This document shows, piece after piece, positions 12,657 through 24,042 of a stretch of DNA of 64,000 bases. The position numbers and the translations under genes are program-made. The stretch covers positions 372,001 through 436,000 of the forward strand of contig AP026127.1 of the NCBI GenBank assembly GCA_030295235.1. Reading direction: 5' to 3'. The stretch comes from Fistulifera solaris (Eukaryota). The stretch's first letter is position 1. Every line of letters begins with the position of its first letter. The notes under the pieces are model-generated. The model was not told where the DNA came from and did not search any database. It saw only the letters and a program-made list of their open reading frames with translations.

Positions 12657-14522
12657 ATGTCAGAAGAAAAAGAGTCAGATTACGGATTTATTTTCAAGGT
12701 CTCTGGACCGCTGGTAGTTGCCGATGGTATGAGCGGTTCTGCCATGTACGAGCTAGTGCGTGTCGGTCACTCCAAGCTCGTCGGAGAGATTATTAAGCTC
12801 GAAGGTGATACGGCTTCGATTCAGGTGTACGAAGATACTTCGGGTTTGACCGTCGGTGATCCGGTTCTTCGAAAGAAACAACCTCTTTCGGTGGAACTCG
12901 GACCCGGTATCATGGGTACCATTTTCGACGGTATTCAGCGTCCATTGGAAAGTATTTTCATGGGAACCGGTGACGTGTATGTGCCAAAGGGTGTCGATAT
13001 TCCTTGTCTTTCCCGTGACGTGCGCTGGACGTTCACTCCCGGAAATTTCCGCGAGGGTCAACCCATTTCGGGTGGTGATGTGATCGGAACGGTGTACGAA
13101 AATGAGATTATTGATAGTCACAAGATCCTTTGCCCGCCCAATGTTTACGGTATCGTCAGCAAAATCTACACCACTTCATCGGATGGCAAAGATACTTTCA
13201 CTGTGGACGACGTCGTGATGGAAGTTTTCAACGAGGCCCAGAACAAGACCCATTCTCTCACCTTGAGCCATTTCTGGCCCGTGCGTCGCCCCCGTCCGAT
13301 TGCCGAGAAGCTCCCGGGTAATGCGCCCCTTATCACTGGTTTACGTGTTATTGATGGTCTCTTTCCTTCTGTTTTGGGAGGAACGTGTGCTGTACCTGGT
13401 GCGTTCGGTTGCGGAAAGACCGTTATCAGTCAGTCGTTGTCCAAGTTCTCGAACAGTGATGCCATCGTTTATGTTGGTTGTGGAGAACGTGGTAACGAAA
13501 TGGCGGAAGTGTTGTGCGATTTCCCTGAGTTGACCATGACAGTGAAAGATGCTACCACCGGACAAGAGAAAGAGGTCGGTATCATGAAGCGCACCACGCT
13601 CGTTGCGAACACCTCGAACATGCCCGTGGCGGCTCGTGAAGCGTCCATTTACACGGGTATCACTCTCGCGGAGTACTTCCGTGATCAGGGAATGAATGTC
13701 TCCATGATGGCTGACTCGACTTCCCGATGGGCCGAAGCTCTTCGTGAAATTTCCGGTCGTCTTGGAGAGATGCCTGCCGATTCCGGTTACCCTGCCTATT
13801 TAGGAGCACGTCTTGCTGCTTTTTACGAACGTGCCGGTCGTGTCGCCTGTCTGGGATCTCCGAACCGTGAGGGTACTGTGTCTGTTGTCGGGGCAGTTTC
13901 TCCTCCGGGTGGTGACTTCTCCGACCCTGTCACAGCAGCAACGTTGTCGATCGTGCAAGTCTTCTGGGGACTCGATAAGAAGCTTGCTCAACGAAAGCAC
14001 TTCCCAAGTCTCAATTGGTTGATTTCTTACACCAAGTACATGCAAGTTCTGGAACCCTACTTCAACAACTTGGACAGCCAGTATTCCTACTTGCGAAATC
14101 AAGCTCGCACTATTCTTCAACAAGAAGACAACTTGTCCGAAATTGTGCAGCTTGTTGGAAAGGAGTCGCTCTCGGAGGATCAAAAGGTCGTCATGGAGGT
14201 CGCGAAATTGCTTCGTGAAGATTTCTTGGCGCAGAATGCTTTCACTGATTATGACTTTACGTGCCCACTGCCTAAGACTGTCGGTATGCTGAAAGTCATC
14301 ATCAGCTTTTATGACCTCTGCCAAAAGTCCATCGCGGATTCGCCTTCGGATGCTAAGCTGACGTACGCTCATATCAAGACAGCCTTGGCGCCAATCCTGC
14401 AAAAAGTCGTCGATACGAAGTACGTTGATCCCAAGGCATCGGCCAGTGACATCAGCAAGGAGTATGTCGATTTAGTGGAGGAAATGAAACGCGAGTTTCA
14501 AACATTGACGGACGGTATTTAA
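12657..14522 (+). CDS. ATP6V1A: V-type H+-ATPase catalytic subunit A
   Basis: P-loop [48 protein letters not shown]; intact 621 aa. Confidence 0.98.
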   Translation: MSEEKESDYGFIFKVSGPLVVADGMSGSAMYELVRVGHSKLVGEIIKLEGDTASIQVYEDTSGLTVGDPVLRKKQPLSVELGPGIMGTIFDGIQRPLESIFMGTGDVYVPKGVDIPCLSRDVRWTFTPGNFREGQPISGGDVIGTVYENEIIDSHKILCPPNVYGIVSKIYTTSSDGKDTFTVDDVVMEVFNEAQNKTHSLTLSHFWPVRRPRPIAEKLPGNAPLITGLRVIDGLFPSVLGGTCAVPGAFGCGKTVISQSLSKFSNSDAIVYVGCGERGNEMAEVLCDFPELTMTVKDATTGQEKEVGIMKRTTLVANTSNMPVAAREASIYTGITLAEYFRDQGMNVSMMADSTSRWAEALREISGRLGEMPADSGYPAYLGARLAAFYERAGRVACLGSPNREGTVSVVGAVSPPGGDFSDPVTAATLSIVQVFWGLDKKLAQRKHFPSLNWLISYTKYMQVLEPYFNNLDSQYSYLRNQARTILQQEDNLSEIVQLVGKESLSEDQKVVMEVAKLLREDFLAQNAFTDYDFTCPLPKTVGMLKVIISFYDLCQKSIADSPSDAKLTYAHIKTALAPILQKVVDTKYVDPKASASDISKEYVDLVEEMKREFQTLTDGI

Positions 14523-14603
14523 TAAAGTTAACTATTTGTTACTAGTCTAATGCGGCGAGCGAATTACTTTGTACTTTGAGATTGCATAGCTTATATTATT
14601 CAT

Positions 14604-15512
14604 TTACCCTTTCTTCTGAAACCATTTACCATGTGTCACACCGAAAGGAAGCATTACGGCCACTGCTCCTCCAACTATGTTGCCCAATGTTACTGGAATC
14701 AAGTTCTTGGTGAACATTTGCGCAATCGTAATTTCCGCTCCCCGCATCATACCGAGCGGAATCAGGCACATGTTGGCGACGGAATGGTCCAGTCCCAAGG
14801 CCACAAACGCGGAAATAGGGAACCAGACTGCCGTCATCTTGCCAATCATGGAGGAGCATCCGGACGCCATGTAAACGGCCATACAGACGAGCCAGTTGCA
14901 CATGAGGCCACGCGTAAAAGCAACACCCCATGGCACCGAACACTTGGCTGTCGCCAGCGTAACCGCACCCGGAGCGGCCCCCAACGTCATGCCTTGAAAT
15001 GCCAAGTAGGCTAGAAGGAGTGACCCGACAAAATTACCCAAATAACTCGCCACCCAGCTTTTGACAAGGTCTTTCCGTTCAATTTGTCCCTCCATGTACG
15101 CCGCGGTCACGAGAGCGGTATTTCCCGTAAACAGTTCTCCACCCGTCACCAACGTCATAATTAGACCAAAGGGAAGACCGAATGCTCCGGTAATGATTTT
15201 CTGGAGACCTGGATTCGATTGCAGCAGACCCGGGCAAGCTCCCCCGACCGAAATGGCCAAGAAAATGCCAAAACCAATGTGGCAGCCCGATACTACACCG
15301 AGTGTAAAAATCTTGGAAAAAGATGCTGTCGCTTTCTTGACTCCGGCCGCCACAGCGCCTTCATACAGCGCTACGGGTAGCTTTAACTCCGGCTCGACCA
15401 ACGACGGCGCCGATAAGGACACAGCCGGCACTTTGGCCATGGGCTGACTAATCGCAAAAGCGGAGCTGGTGGCGCTGACAATGAGCAGAATAAACGTGAT
15501 GAGACGAACCAT
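14604..15512 (-). CDS. NAR1: Formate/nitrite transporter (NAR1/LCIA-like), predicted plastid-targeted
   Basis: FGLPFGL...GGELFTGN, CNWLVCMAV, FVALGLDHSVANM, LGNIVGG; start MVRLITFILLIVSATSSA|FAI is a signal peptide with ASAF-like cleavage. Confidence 0.92.
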   Translation of the reverse strand: MVRLITFILLIVSATSSAFAISQPMAKVPAVSLSAPSLVEPELKLPVALYEGAVAAGVKKATASFSKIFTLGVVSGCHIGFGIFLAISVGGACPGLLQSNPGLQKIITGAFGLPFGLIMTLVTGGELFTGNTALVTAAYMEGQIERKDLVKSWVASYLGNFVGSLLLAYLAFQGMTLGAAPGAVTLATAKCSVPWGVAFTRGLMCNWLVCMAVYMASGCSSMIGKMTAVWFPISAFVALGLDHSVANMCLIPLGMMRGAEITIAQMFTKNLIPVTLGNIVGGAVAVMLPFGVTHGKWFQKKG

Positions 15513-15780
15513 GGTTTCGATATGACAGCTAAAGATGAAGATCTTTATAGAATGAATGATGATTGCGTCAAATGGACGAAGATGCCGATGAGAAAAAGGA
15601 TCGGAAGAAGTGAGCAACGATGTCGAAATTGTGACGATTATTCCGGAGTTTTGGGGCAACGCCCGTAGGTCGTCCGAAAGATGACGTATCGTTGTCGTCT
15701 CAAGACTGACACTCGTTTCTTGAGATCAGAAGCGTACTTGTAGTGTTGCGTTTATTTGTTTGGGTTGCAACTAGACTAGC

Positions 15781-16410
15781 AACGTGAAAATACAACTGGT
15801 CCGGATTTTCCGGAGACGTGTAAGTACCACACGCCCAGATTTCCTAGGAACGTGAAAAGTGCAAATACCACTCACCCAGATTTTCTGGGAACGTGAAAAT
15901 ACATTGGTCCAGATTTTCTGGACTACTTGAAAATGCCAAACTCCCAGATTTTCAGGTAACGTGAAAATACATTGGTCCAGATTTTCTGGAGCAGCGTAAA
16001 TATTACAACCCAGATTTCCTGGGAACCTGAAAATACAGCTGGTCCAGATTTTCTGGACCACGTGTAAATATCACTCTCCCAGATTTCCTGAAAACTTGAA
16101 AATACATCTGGTCCAGATTTTTTGGACCATGTGTAAATATCACTCTTCCAGATTTCCTGGAAACTTAAAATACAGCTGGTCCAGATTGTCTGGACCAAAG
16201 TAAATGTTACACCCCCAGATTTCCTGGGAATGTGAAAATACCGCTGGTCCAGATTTTCTGGACTAACCTAAATATTACACCCCCAGATTTCCTGGGGATG
16301 TGAAAATACACTTGGTCCAGATTTTCTGGACCATTGTAAATACCACTCCCCCAGATTTCCTGGAAAGTTGAAAATACAGCTGGTCCAGATTTTCTGGACC
16401 CTAACGTGAA
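15781..16410. repeat. Palindromic tandem array: 18 cores at ~34-bp spacing, 68-bp higher-order dimer
   Basis: Alternating GGTCCAGA-TTT-TCTGGACC and CCCAG-ATTTC-CTGGG cores; exact 68-bp period at 16181/16249/16317/16385. Confidence 0.95.
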
Positions 16411-16569
16411 ATGCCGCGCTCAGTATAGACTATTAATAAACGCAAGAAAAAGATCCTCTTGCTGTCATCAAATAATTAAAAAAGCCGTCTGTATCATTAG
16501 CTGTAAAGCTTCGAAAAAGTCTGCAAGGACGACGTTGTAATTTAACGGATTTTGTGCATTTGCGAAACG

Positions 16570-17501
16570 ATGGCGGACCCGATGGAAGTGAATGAAGAGC
16601 GAGTTACTGCAGAGTCGTACGGTTCTTTGAATACCAACAACGCCGCTGACGAATGTTGGGTGATTCGTATCCCGAAAAAATTGGCCGAATTGTGGGAAAA
16701 AGCTCCGGAGGGCACCGATTTAGGGAAATGGTCTTTACGAAAGGCGGGACGACCGCAACAGGACGCAAAGTCAAACCGTCTCTCACCGTTCATGTTTCCG
16801 AGTCACTCGTCGAGCAGATGCAACCGCCGGTTCCTCACAATCGCAATTTGCCTCCCGGTACGGTACCTCCGTCGTCCATGCCTCTCAATTATTCGCTACA
16901 AGCCATGACGAAGAAAGTGCCGGTGATGCATCCGTTCGTACGCAATCCTTATAACGGGTCGGTGCAGATACTCGGAACCGTCACGAGAACGGCCAACATG
17001 CAAGTCGAACAAGATCAAAATTATCGTACACTTCTCAAAGACCGTTTGATTGCCACCAATATCAATAGCAATCGATTTGTGAAACCCATGGAGCAAACGG
17101 AATCCATCATTGCGAAACAGAAATCGACACTGCAAACTAATTCCAAAAAGCGCGGTTTTGGGGACGCCGTGTCACAGACCGGACAAAGACTACTGGACGC
17201 CGCACAAGAGCGCAGTCTTCAATTGCAGCAGCAGATGCAAGGACGACACAAGAAAGCACGCAAATTCGCTCCGGATCAACCCATCAAATCCGTCTTGTTT
17301 GAACTGTTTGCGGAACAGCAGTTTTGGACCGTCAAGGATCTCAAAGCCGCCGCGGCGGCCGGAGGATGCACGTCGGCCAACACGAAGCGGGCGGAAACGG
17401 AAATTCGAGACATTTTGCGCAACGAGATTGGAGAATATCATAGGAGTGGCGATCACAAGAATATGTGGGAATTGAAGAAGGAATTTCAGCAGCAAACATA
17501 A
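16570..17501 (+). CDS. GTF2F2: Transcription initiation factor TFIIF beta subunit (RAP30); frameshift ~16724
   Basis: N-terminal 'WVIRIPKKLAELW' and C-terminal winged helix 'LFELFAEQQFWTVKDLK...HKNMWELKKEF'; two ORFs joined at TTAGGGAAA. Confidence 0.8.
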
Positions 17502-17737
17502 CAAAAGCTCATTAATATTTCTACAGATAGCTATTTCCTAGTTTCAGCCTTCCATTATTTGAGCTGCCATGGATGAGTCGCTGCGCTCCTAGTCGACGAT
17601 GCACGACACAACAGCACATGAAGTAAGAACTTCAAACCATACTATTACTGAAATAAACTACAATTAGCCGAGGTAATAGGAACAAAGTAATAGTATGGTG
17701 TACATTGCTTGAGGAATTGAAGGGCCATCCCGATACC

Positions 17738-19129
17738 TTACGATGTCAAATCGGACGGAGTCCGCTTTAAGGACTCGCTTTCATTCGATTCTTGATTTTC
17801 CTGCCGTGTTCGTTTTCTTCCCCTTCGCGGCGTGTTATCCTGTTCGATACTACTAGCGGAACCACGCTTCGCAAATTTCATAATCTCCTCTTCCACTTGT
17901 CCATTCGCCTCGTCAAACGCCTCTTGTATCGTTTTTTCTGTCGAATTTCCTCCCATCAGTTTCTCATAGTCGGATTCGGTGAATTTACCGTTTTGACTCG
18001 TATCGAATTTGAAATCCCATAGAAACATCATGGCGCCATTGGGGTGATCGACCAGAGCACCCCGTACGAATCGCTTCACGAGCCGGACTTCGGTCTCTCG
18101 TTGCAACACTTGACCGTCACTGAGGTACAGCACCGTGTCATTCGCATTTCTTCTCGACGCTGGTGGTGGCATTGCCTTCAATATCATGGCTCGATTCAAT
18201 TGATCGATGAAAACGGGGTGCTTGTAATCAATGATATCACCCGCTCGCAGTTTGCGATACTGGTTCTTGATTTCGGCATCAGTGAGGAAAAAATGGGGTT
18301 TGGGTGTCACGGGTGTGGGAGGTGTCACGGTCACGGTATCCTCGCTCGCCGTGTACACAAAGTCTTCCTCTGGGTCATCGTCATCGTCACCAATCTCATC
18401 TATTGTTGCGTTTTGATCGAATTCCAACTGTTTTTGTAGCAATAATTCGAGAAAATATTGCTCTTCCAGTATCATGCGCTGTTGTTCCTGTCCTTTCTTT
18501 TCCGAAAAGGGTCGGTATAGTTTCAGCTGTTTCGTATAGGCCGCCATGTGTTCGGGATTCCAGCTCGTTTCTTCACCATATTCCGTGAGATTCCGCGTCG
18601 ACACCGATTGAATGGTCGACGTGTCCAACATACGATCCCCCATATACTCGACAATCTGTTTTCCCTCTTTCATATGGACGACTTGGGCATTGGAGGGATC
18701 GTGATTGACAAAAACGGGCCATAGTTTCCGTCCGGTCCGGAGCCATTTGATGTCGGAAGCTTTGGCTATTTTCGGAAAGCATTTGATCGAAAGGACTCGT
18801 TCAATCGCATTTTGGGCGTTTTTCATGGCTGTAGAGCCGGAGAATTGGGAACGAAAGATGTCAGTAATAGAAGCACATTGTACTGGTACGACAATGACAA
18901 CAAAATAACGACGGACCTTGTTCTTCAAGTTCTTTTTCGTGTACACGGTTTCGGTTTCTACTAATTTTTCTGCTTTGTGACTGGTCGTCGAAGACTGGGG
19001 TGATACTTGCGGGGTCTTCCGGTTCGAAGGATGCAGCAAGCTGGGTTGGAGGATGTCGTCCATCTCATCGTCACTTTCGAGTAATTCGGCTTTTAGTTTC
19101 TGACGTTGCTCGGCGCTGATGCGGGGCAT
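17738..19129 (-). CDS. Hypothetical protein with PWWP-like 'LWPVF' segment and a domain shared with 21261-23570
   Basis: 493-aa ORF, likely ATG 19129 (MPRISAEQ); possible intron near 18830-18916 not resolved. Confidence 0.65.
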   Translation of the reverse strand: MPRISAEQRQKLKAELLESDDEMDDILQPSLLHPSNRKTPQVSPQSSTTSHKAEKLVETETVYTKKNLKNKVRRYFVVIVVPVQCASITDIFRSQFSGSTAMKNAQNAIERVLSIKCFPKIAKASDIKWLRTGRKLWPVFVNHDPSNAQVVHMKEGKQIVEYMGDRMLDTSTIQSVSTRNLTEYGEETSWNPEHMAAYTKQLKLYRPFSEKKGQEQQRMILEEQYFLELLLQKQLEFDQNATIDEIGDDDDDPEEDFVYTASEDTVTVTPPTPVTPKPHFFLTDAEIKNQYRKLRAGDIIDYKHPVFIDQLNRAMILKAMPPPASRRNANDTVLYLSDGQVLQRETEVRLVKRFVRGALVDHPNGAMMFLWDFKFDTSQNGKFTESDYEKLMGGNSTEKTIQEAFDEANGQVEEEIMKFAKRGSASSIEQDNTPRRGRKRTRQENQESNESESLKRTPSDLTS

Positions 19130-19594
19130 GATAAATGCGATGTTGAGATATGTAGATTGTGAGGAAAGAAAAATGGGTTGGAAGAAGGTTACAGAGGGAG
19201 CTTTGCCGTTTCGTGGCAATAAAATAAATGGACTCCCAAAAATGGATCATTGGAAAAATTTTGGCGAAGGCGTGGAATAAGCGCGCGCTCTTTTGCGTTG
19301 CGGGGTTGGATTTGGCGGGAAACGATAGAGTGGGACTTAGACTTAACTACTCGGGTACCGGTACGATTCTATGGATCCCGATCCTTATTCCATAACGCGT
19401 GTGAGTGAGTCTTGTGAACGAAAAAAATCCGAAAAATGCCGACCATGGTTCGACGTCTAGAGTCCAGGCAAAGCGTTCTTACTGTATTATTTATGCAAAA
19501 CGAACTGTCTTTTACTCTCCTATTGTATTGCTGCACTTGTTGGGAAGGTCAAGGCACAAAAGGGGAGTGACTGGAACGCGACCAGAGGAGTAAG

Positions 19595-21037
19595 ATGGGA
19601 AACATTCAATGTCTCGACGCTTCGACCGTCTACGATAAAGATTTCCAACTAGATGTCAAACGACGCACGACGGAGCCAGACGAAGACTTTTTCACCATTC
19701 ATACCTCGGATCCACCACGACGATGTATTCTGGAATCCAGCATCATCCTGGACGCGTTCGTCGATCAGGCAGAAACGTTGATACGACGAGACAAAGTCAA
19801 TCCTGCCCTGGATGACAGTATCCTTTCCACCGGAAATAGCGTATTTTCCGAAAAAGAATCCCTTCGTGTCGACACTGTACCTTCCATGATGACAACGATG
19901 TCCACCTCGACGAGACTGGCTGCTAATTTACAAGGAAAGACTGTCTTACGATCAGCTCCAAAGAAAGAATCTAATCGTCCTGTCCTTTTGGGCACCGATG
20001 ACTTCTCGACCAACTATTTGCGACGCGACATATTATCGTTTTTAACGCAACACCACATGGAAACGGAAGTGGGCATTTCCGAAACCTCTTGCATCCTGAC
20101 ACCCTGTGCCGATGTGCAACTGTTCAATCCGACGTATGCGGCCACCATTTTAGAGCACACCAGTGTGTTGCACTTGAAAATGGTTCCCCATTGTTACCAT
20201 TTCTATCACAATTACATGACGCGATTATTACCCGACAATCCACTCACCAAAGCGATCGCCAAGGGTATTACGAAGACTGATTTGTCGCAAAGACAAGTGC
20301 CGACGTTAGTCGGTTCCGGATCGTCTGCCATCGATTCGGCGTTTGTCGGTGAGGGCCCTCCTTCGTCGCCGGTCGTGTTGCTGGCAACGGATTCGGTCTT
20401 TATGGACTTGGGTCTCACAGGATCACTCGGACTGGTCGACCGAAAGAAATTTCGCAGCTTGAAAGATTGTATGGCAGTGAAACCGAACTTGAAAAGTCCA
20501 GAACATTACATGGTGTTATTGAATCGACGCTCCGGTGTTCCGCTCCTGGTGTGTGCGTTGAAAGCCACCGCCACCGGCCCTCCTGTCGTACGTATCTTTG
20601 CCACCAAGAGTCGAGTGTATGGACAAAAGGTGGCCGCCGAAACACACGCGTTGGGTTTGGATTGGGGGGAATCGTTGCCATTGTACACCTGGGCGGAGAT
20701 TGTCACGACGGGACGCTACCCGGACCGTGTTCGATACTCCATCTTTATGGCCACGGGTTCCGATGGTCGATTTGAAATCCGTCCAAGCTATTGTGCTGTT
20801 CACGAATCCAGCGGTAGTCCGGAAATCAAGGTAGTTGGTCGAACAGAACGGGAAACCTATCACGCGGGCTGTGCCGTCGTGTCGTTGTGCAAAGAAAGCA
20901 ATGCGTCTGCTGACGATGACGAGGCCTTTGTTCGTCTTTCGATTTCACGTGGGATTGATCCTGCTCTACTCATATGCTTCGCCGCGTTCGTTGATGAGGC
21001 ATTAGAAAAGACAATGCGAATGCAATGTCAGGCGTGA
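19595..21037 (+). CDS. Hypothetical protein; N-terminal acylation-like MGNIQC, C-terminal Tubby/LURP-like segment
   Basis: Intact 480-aa ORF; C-terminus 'LSISRGIDPALLICFAAFVDE' resembles the Tubby-C/LOR terminal helix. Confidence 0.7.
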   Translation: MGNIQCLDASTVYDKDFQLDVKRRTTEPDEDFFTIHTSDPPRRCILESSIILDAFVDQAETLIRRDKVNPALDDSILSTGNSVFSEKESLRVDTVPSMMTTMSTSTRLAANLQGKTVLRSAPKKESNRPVLLGTDDFSTNYLRRDILSFLTQHHMETEVGISETSCILTPCADVQLFNPTYAATILEHTSVLHLKMVPHCYHFYHNYMTRLLPDNPLTKAIAKGITKTDLSQRQVPTLVGSGSSAIDSAFVGEGPPSSPVVLLATDSVFMDLGLTGSLGLVDRKKFRSLKDCMAVKPNLKSPEHYMVLLNRRSGVPLLVCALKATATGPPVVRIFATKSRVYGQKVAAETHALGLDWGESLPLYTWAEIVTTGRYPDRVRYSIFMATGSDGRFEIRPSYCAVHESSGSPEIKVVGRTERETYHAGCAVVSLCKESNASADDDEAFVRLSISRGIDPALLICFAAFVDEALEKTMRMQCQA

Positions 21038-21260
21038 CAGTACAAGTAAATCCGCTTTGTTTACGACGGAGCGGCTCCTACTTTGCTTATTATTCAATCT
21101 GAACCTCAAAAGAAGGGCTATCGGTATCCTAATCCATTGATGATTGATTACGGTTACGCTAGTTACCCGTGCTTATGAGGTCCGGTTGTTCAAAAACGAT
21201 CGTGGTATGAAACTGGCTGGAGCTTCAAAGCGGATGCTGAGATATTCTGCTTCGCCCGTT

Positions 21261-23570
21261 TCAAAGCATGAACGCCCCACTTTTTGACTTGTTTCCCGGA
21301 GTTTCTTGGCTCGAAAAGCCATCGATATCCTCATCCTGACTTTCGTGTTTGGGGGTCGACTTCTTCAAATACTTATGACCACAATTCCAAATATCAGCCT
21401 CCATGGCGTCGTCTTCTAAAGCGCACGAGCTATCTTGTGTCTCAATATCTGAAGGTAAAAATGACGAATGCTTGACTTTCTTACGTCGCGATGAAGCAAC
21501 GGAAATGTCTTTACCGGAACCTGTCGATTGGCTCTGAGTCGCCTTGGTATTTTTGCGCTTTGTGATGACCGAAATGCGACTTGAATCATTGTCGCTCTCA
21601 GAACTATCCCAAAAACCGTCCGATTTACGTTTCTTTTCAACGGACTCGAGACTCCATCTCGAATTCTTTTTCGTTGAGAGGTTTCCAGCAGCAGTGGGTT
21701 TTGTCGACACGCTGGTGGTGTCTGAGTCGGTGTCTCTGTATTCCTTTGTTTGCCCGCCACTGAAGACATGGCGACTTGATTTATCTTGGCTAGAGCCTGA
21801 CGATCGGCTTTTTGTGACTTTGGTGATTCCGCGTTTCATGGCAACCGAAATACTGTTCAATTCAGTGTCGCTCTCAGAAGTATCAACGAGACCTTCCGAC
21901 TTCTCTTTGTTTTCTACGGAATCCTGATTCCATCTCGGTTTTGTTTTCGTCGAAAGGTTTGCAGAGGCTTTGGTCTTTGCAAGCACGCTGGTGGCGTCCG
22001 AGTCGGTCTCTCCGCAATTCTTGTTTCTCCCGCCACTGAACACTGGACGACTTAAAATGAGATCCGAGTCATCATCGGAGTCGGACGAGGGCAAGCTGTA
22101 CACATTGCGTTTGACTGCAACGTCCTCGGTTCGAGACTTATGAAGTTGACTGGGTAGGGATCGTCGTCCCTTAGCAGAAGTAAGATCGCTGAATTTAGTT
22201 TCGCTTGTCGCCAGGTCAATCACAGGGGTCTGTTGCGAGGTTCCAGCACTCTCGATAGAGTCCTTGTCAGCTCGAAACAGTTTTTCAGCGGTAGTAGGCT
22301 CGTTTCGCACACTGAAACTGCTTTCCTTTTTTGTCACGTTCTCTGTTTGACTCTTGTTGGACGTACACTTGAGACCCCCAAGATTCTTTAGAACAAGTGA
22401 CGTTGGAGGCTTTGATCTGTCATGGCTTTGCTGTATAGGTAAAATCTCTTTTTGCCTGCGAGGAGATAAGAGCTCGCGGTTCCGTTGTGTTTCAATAGAA
22501 AATCGGGAAGCCATATCGGTTGTCTTTCGCGGGCTTCGCTGCGAAGGTAGGCTATCGCTGGACGAATCGCTATCGCTAGAGCTTTCGGAATCGTCACTAT
22601 CACTTTCTTGTGCTGGTTCAGAAGAAGCCTTTCGTTTCTTTTGCGAAGAAGTGGTCGTTGCAGCAATGTTCATTATTTCCGATGGTAGATTTTCCAACTT
22701 TTCATTTGCTTTTGCAACAACGTCATTCAATAAATCCATTACTTTTTGCCTTTCATTGGAAAGCATCTTACGCTCAGCCGCAGATAGAGTGCGCTTTTTC
22801 ATTCGAAAGTTTTCTAAATCACGAAATATTCCTGGATGGTTGTATAGCTTTCCATTGTCGTACTCTTTCAATCGCCGCATACGAGTCTCTCGAGGTATCA
22901 GTTCTCCGTTGTCCAACTCGAGCGGAAAGTCACGTTTGGAAGGGTCTGTCGAAATCACTTGTGTTACACGGATCGAAAGTTCGGACCCTGCCGCAAACGC
23001 GGGATGAAAATAGTGAATGACGTCGCCCGGGTTGAGGGGCTCCTTCTGACGATCCGAGAGGGCGCACGCCATGAGCAAGTTTTCATCTCCTGCGATGCCA
23101 AGGTTGATTGCATACGGCACTTCCATCTCCTGTGTTGGTTCGATGCTTTCTGGGGGCCGCGGTGATTCTTCAACAGGCTTCTTGCTGGCTGATTGATTGC
23201 GTGTTTGTTGATTCTTCAACGGAGATGAAGAACGTTTTGAGGGTGCAGCTTTGGGTTTTCTATTTACAGTCTTCTGTTTCGAGGCCGAATTTTTGTGCGA
23301 TGAAGACTTCGCCCGGTCACGATCGTCACGGAAAGCTGTTTTTGGGGTTGCCGTTCGTTCTTCTATTTCGTCCATCATGGAGATCGTTTGAATCGCAACG
23401 CCGGGCGCTATTGACTTGCCAAGCTTCCGTTTTTGCTTCTTTGTAGACCCTTTCTTGCAGCTCGACGGAATGACGGGAGGTCTTTTCTTATCATCATCGC
23501 TTTTAACGCACACGAACGAAAGCTGTGACGCACCCTCATTTTGGGGTAGTAAAAAATGTCGTCGTGACAT
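21261..23570 (-). CDS. Hypothetical S/K-rich protein with one globular domain and a 92-aa internal duplication
   Basis: 782-aa ORF, likely ATG 23570; VFSGG...DSD...RW block repeated 276 bp apart. Confidence 0.7.
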   Translation of the reverse strand: MSRRHFLLPQNEGASQLSFVCVKSDDDKKRPPVIPSSCKKGSTKKQKRKLGKSIAPGVAIQTISMMDEIEERTATPKTAFRDDRDRAKSSSHKNSASKQKTVNRKPKAAPSKRSSSPLKNQQTRNQSASKKPVEESPRPPESIEPTQEMEVPYAINLGIAGDENLLMACALSDRQKEPLNPGDVIHYFHPAFAAGSELSIRVTQVISTDPSKRDFPLELDNGELIPRETRMRRLKEYDNGKLYNHPGIFRDLENFRMKKRTLSAAERKMLSNERQKVMDLLNDVVAKANEKLENLPSEIMNIAATTTSSQKKRKASSEPAQESDSDDSESSSDSDSSSDSLPSQRSPRKTTDMASRFSIETQRNRELLSPRRQKEILPIQQSHDRSKPPTSLVLKNLGGLKCTSNKSQTENVTKKESSFSVRNEPTTAEKLFRADKDSIESAGTSQQTPVIDLATSETKFSDLTSAKGRRSLPSQLHKSRTEDVAVKRNVYSLPSSDSDDDSDLILSRPVFSGGRNKNCGETDSDATSVLAKTKASANLSTKTKPRWNQDSVENKEKSEGLVDTSESDTELNSISVAMKRGITKVTKSRSSGSSQDKSSRHVFSGGQTKEYRDTDSDTTSVSTKPTAAGNLSTKKNSRWSLESVEKKRKSDGFWDSSESDNDSSRISVITKRKNTKATQSQSTGSGKDISVASSRRKKVKHSSFLPSDIETQDSSCALEDDAMEADIWNCGHKYLKKSTPKHESQDEDIDGFSSQETPGNKSKSGAFML

Positions 23571-24042
23571 GTTGATAGAGCCTCGATCAAAGCTTTTGTC
23601 AATCAACAAAATCCCACTGCTAATTCTGAATGAAACTGTTTCATGAATTATATGCTCAACAGCCCAAGTAGCAACGTATCAAGCAGACATCGAGACGACT
23701 GAGATTACGACTCGCTTTTTTGTGTCAGCATTGCTTTTTGCGTGGTTCTGCGCCGTATTTTTTACCGCCAAAAACTTCACTCCAATTGCATAAGGTTTGA
23801 CTGTAATAGCGTGTACTCAGTAGAAAACGCTACTCAGTCGTCTGTCATCGTCAGTGATATCTGTCTGTAAGCCGTCAGTGAAAGATACTACTGTATAGCG
23901 AGCTCCGCGCGTTTTTTGCAGCAGGTAAAACGCGGCGGAGTTTCAACGAGCTCTCGTCGCTAAACCTTATAACTTTGGAAACCATTCGCTTTCCTTGGAA
24001 AAGCGCCATCGAAAGAACCTTCCAACGTTCGAATCTTCTTCC

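Noticed and set aside
13470..13505. VMA1-type intein in V-ATPase A
   Set aside because: [12 protein letters not shown] is contiguous and the protein is normal length
12753..14402. Long antisense ORFs overlapping V-ATPase and other genes
   Set aside because: Expected shadows of codon-biased coding strands
15781..16410. CRISPR array (palindromic repeats at regular spacing)
   Set aside because: Intervening sequences are themselves repeats rather than unique spacers; eukaryotic context; no cas genes
16715..16735. Programmed ribosomal frameshift in TFIIF-beta (and PRS)
   Set aside because: Window-wide homopolymer indels explain it more simply
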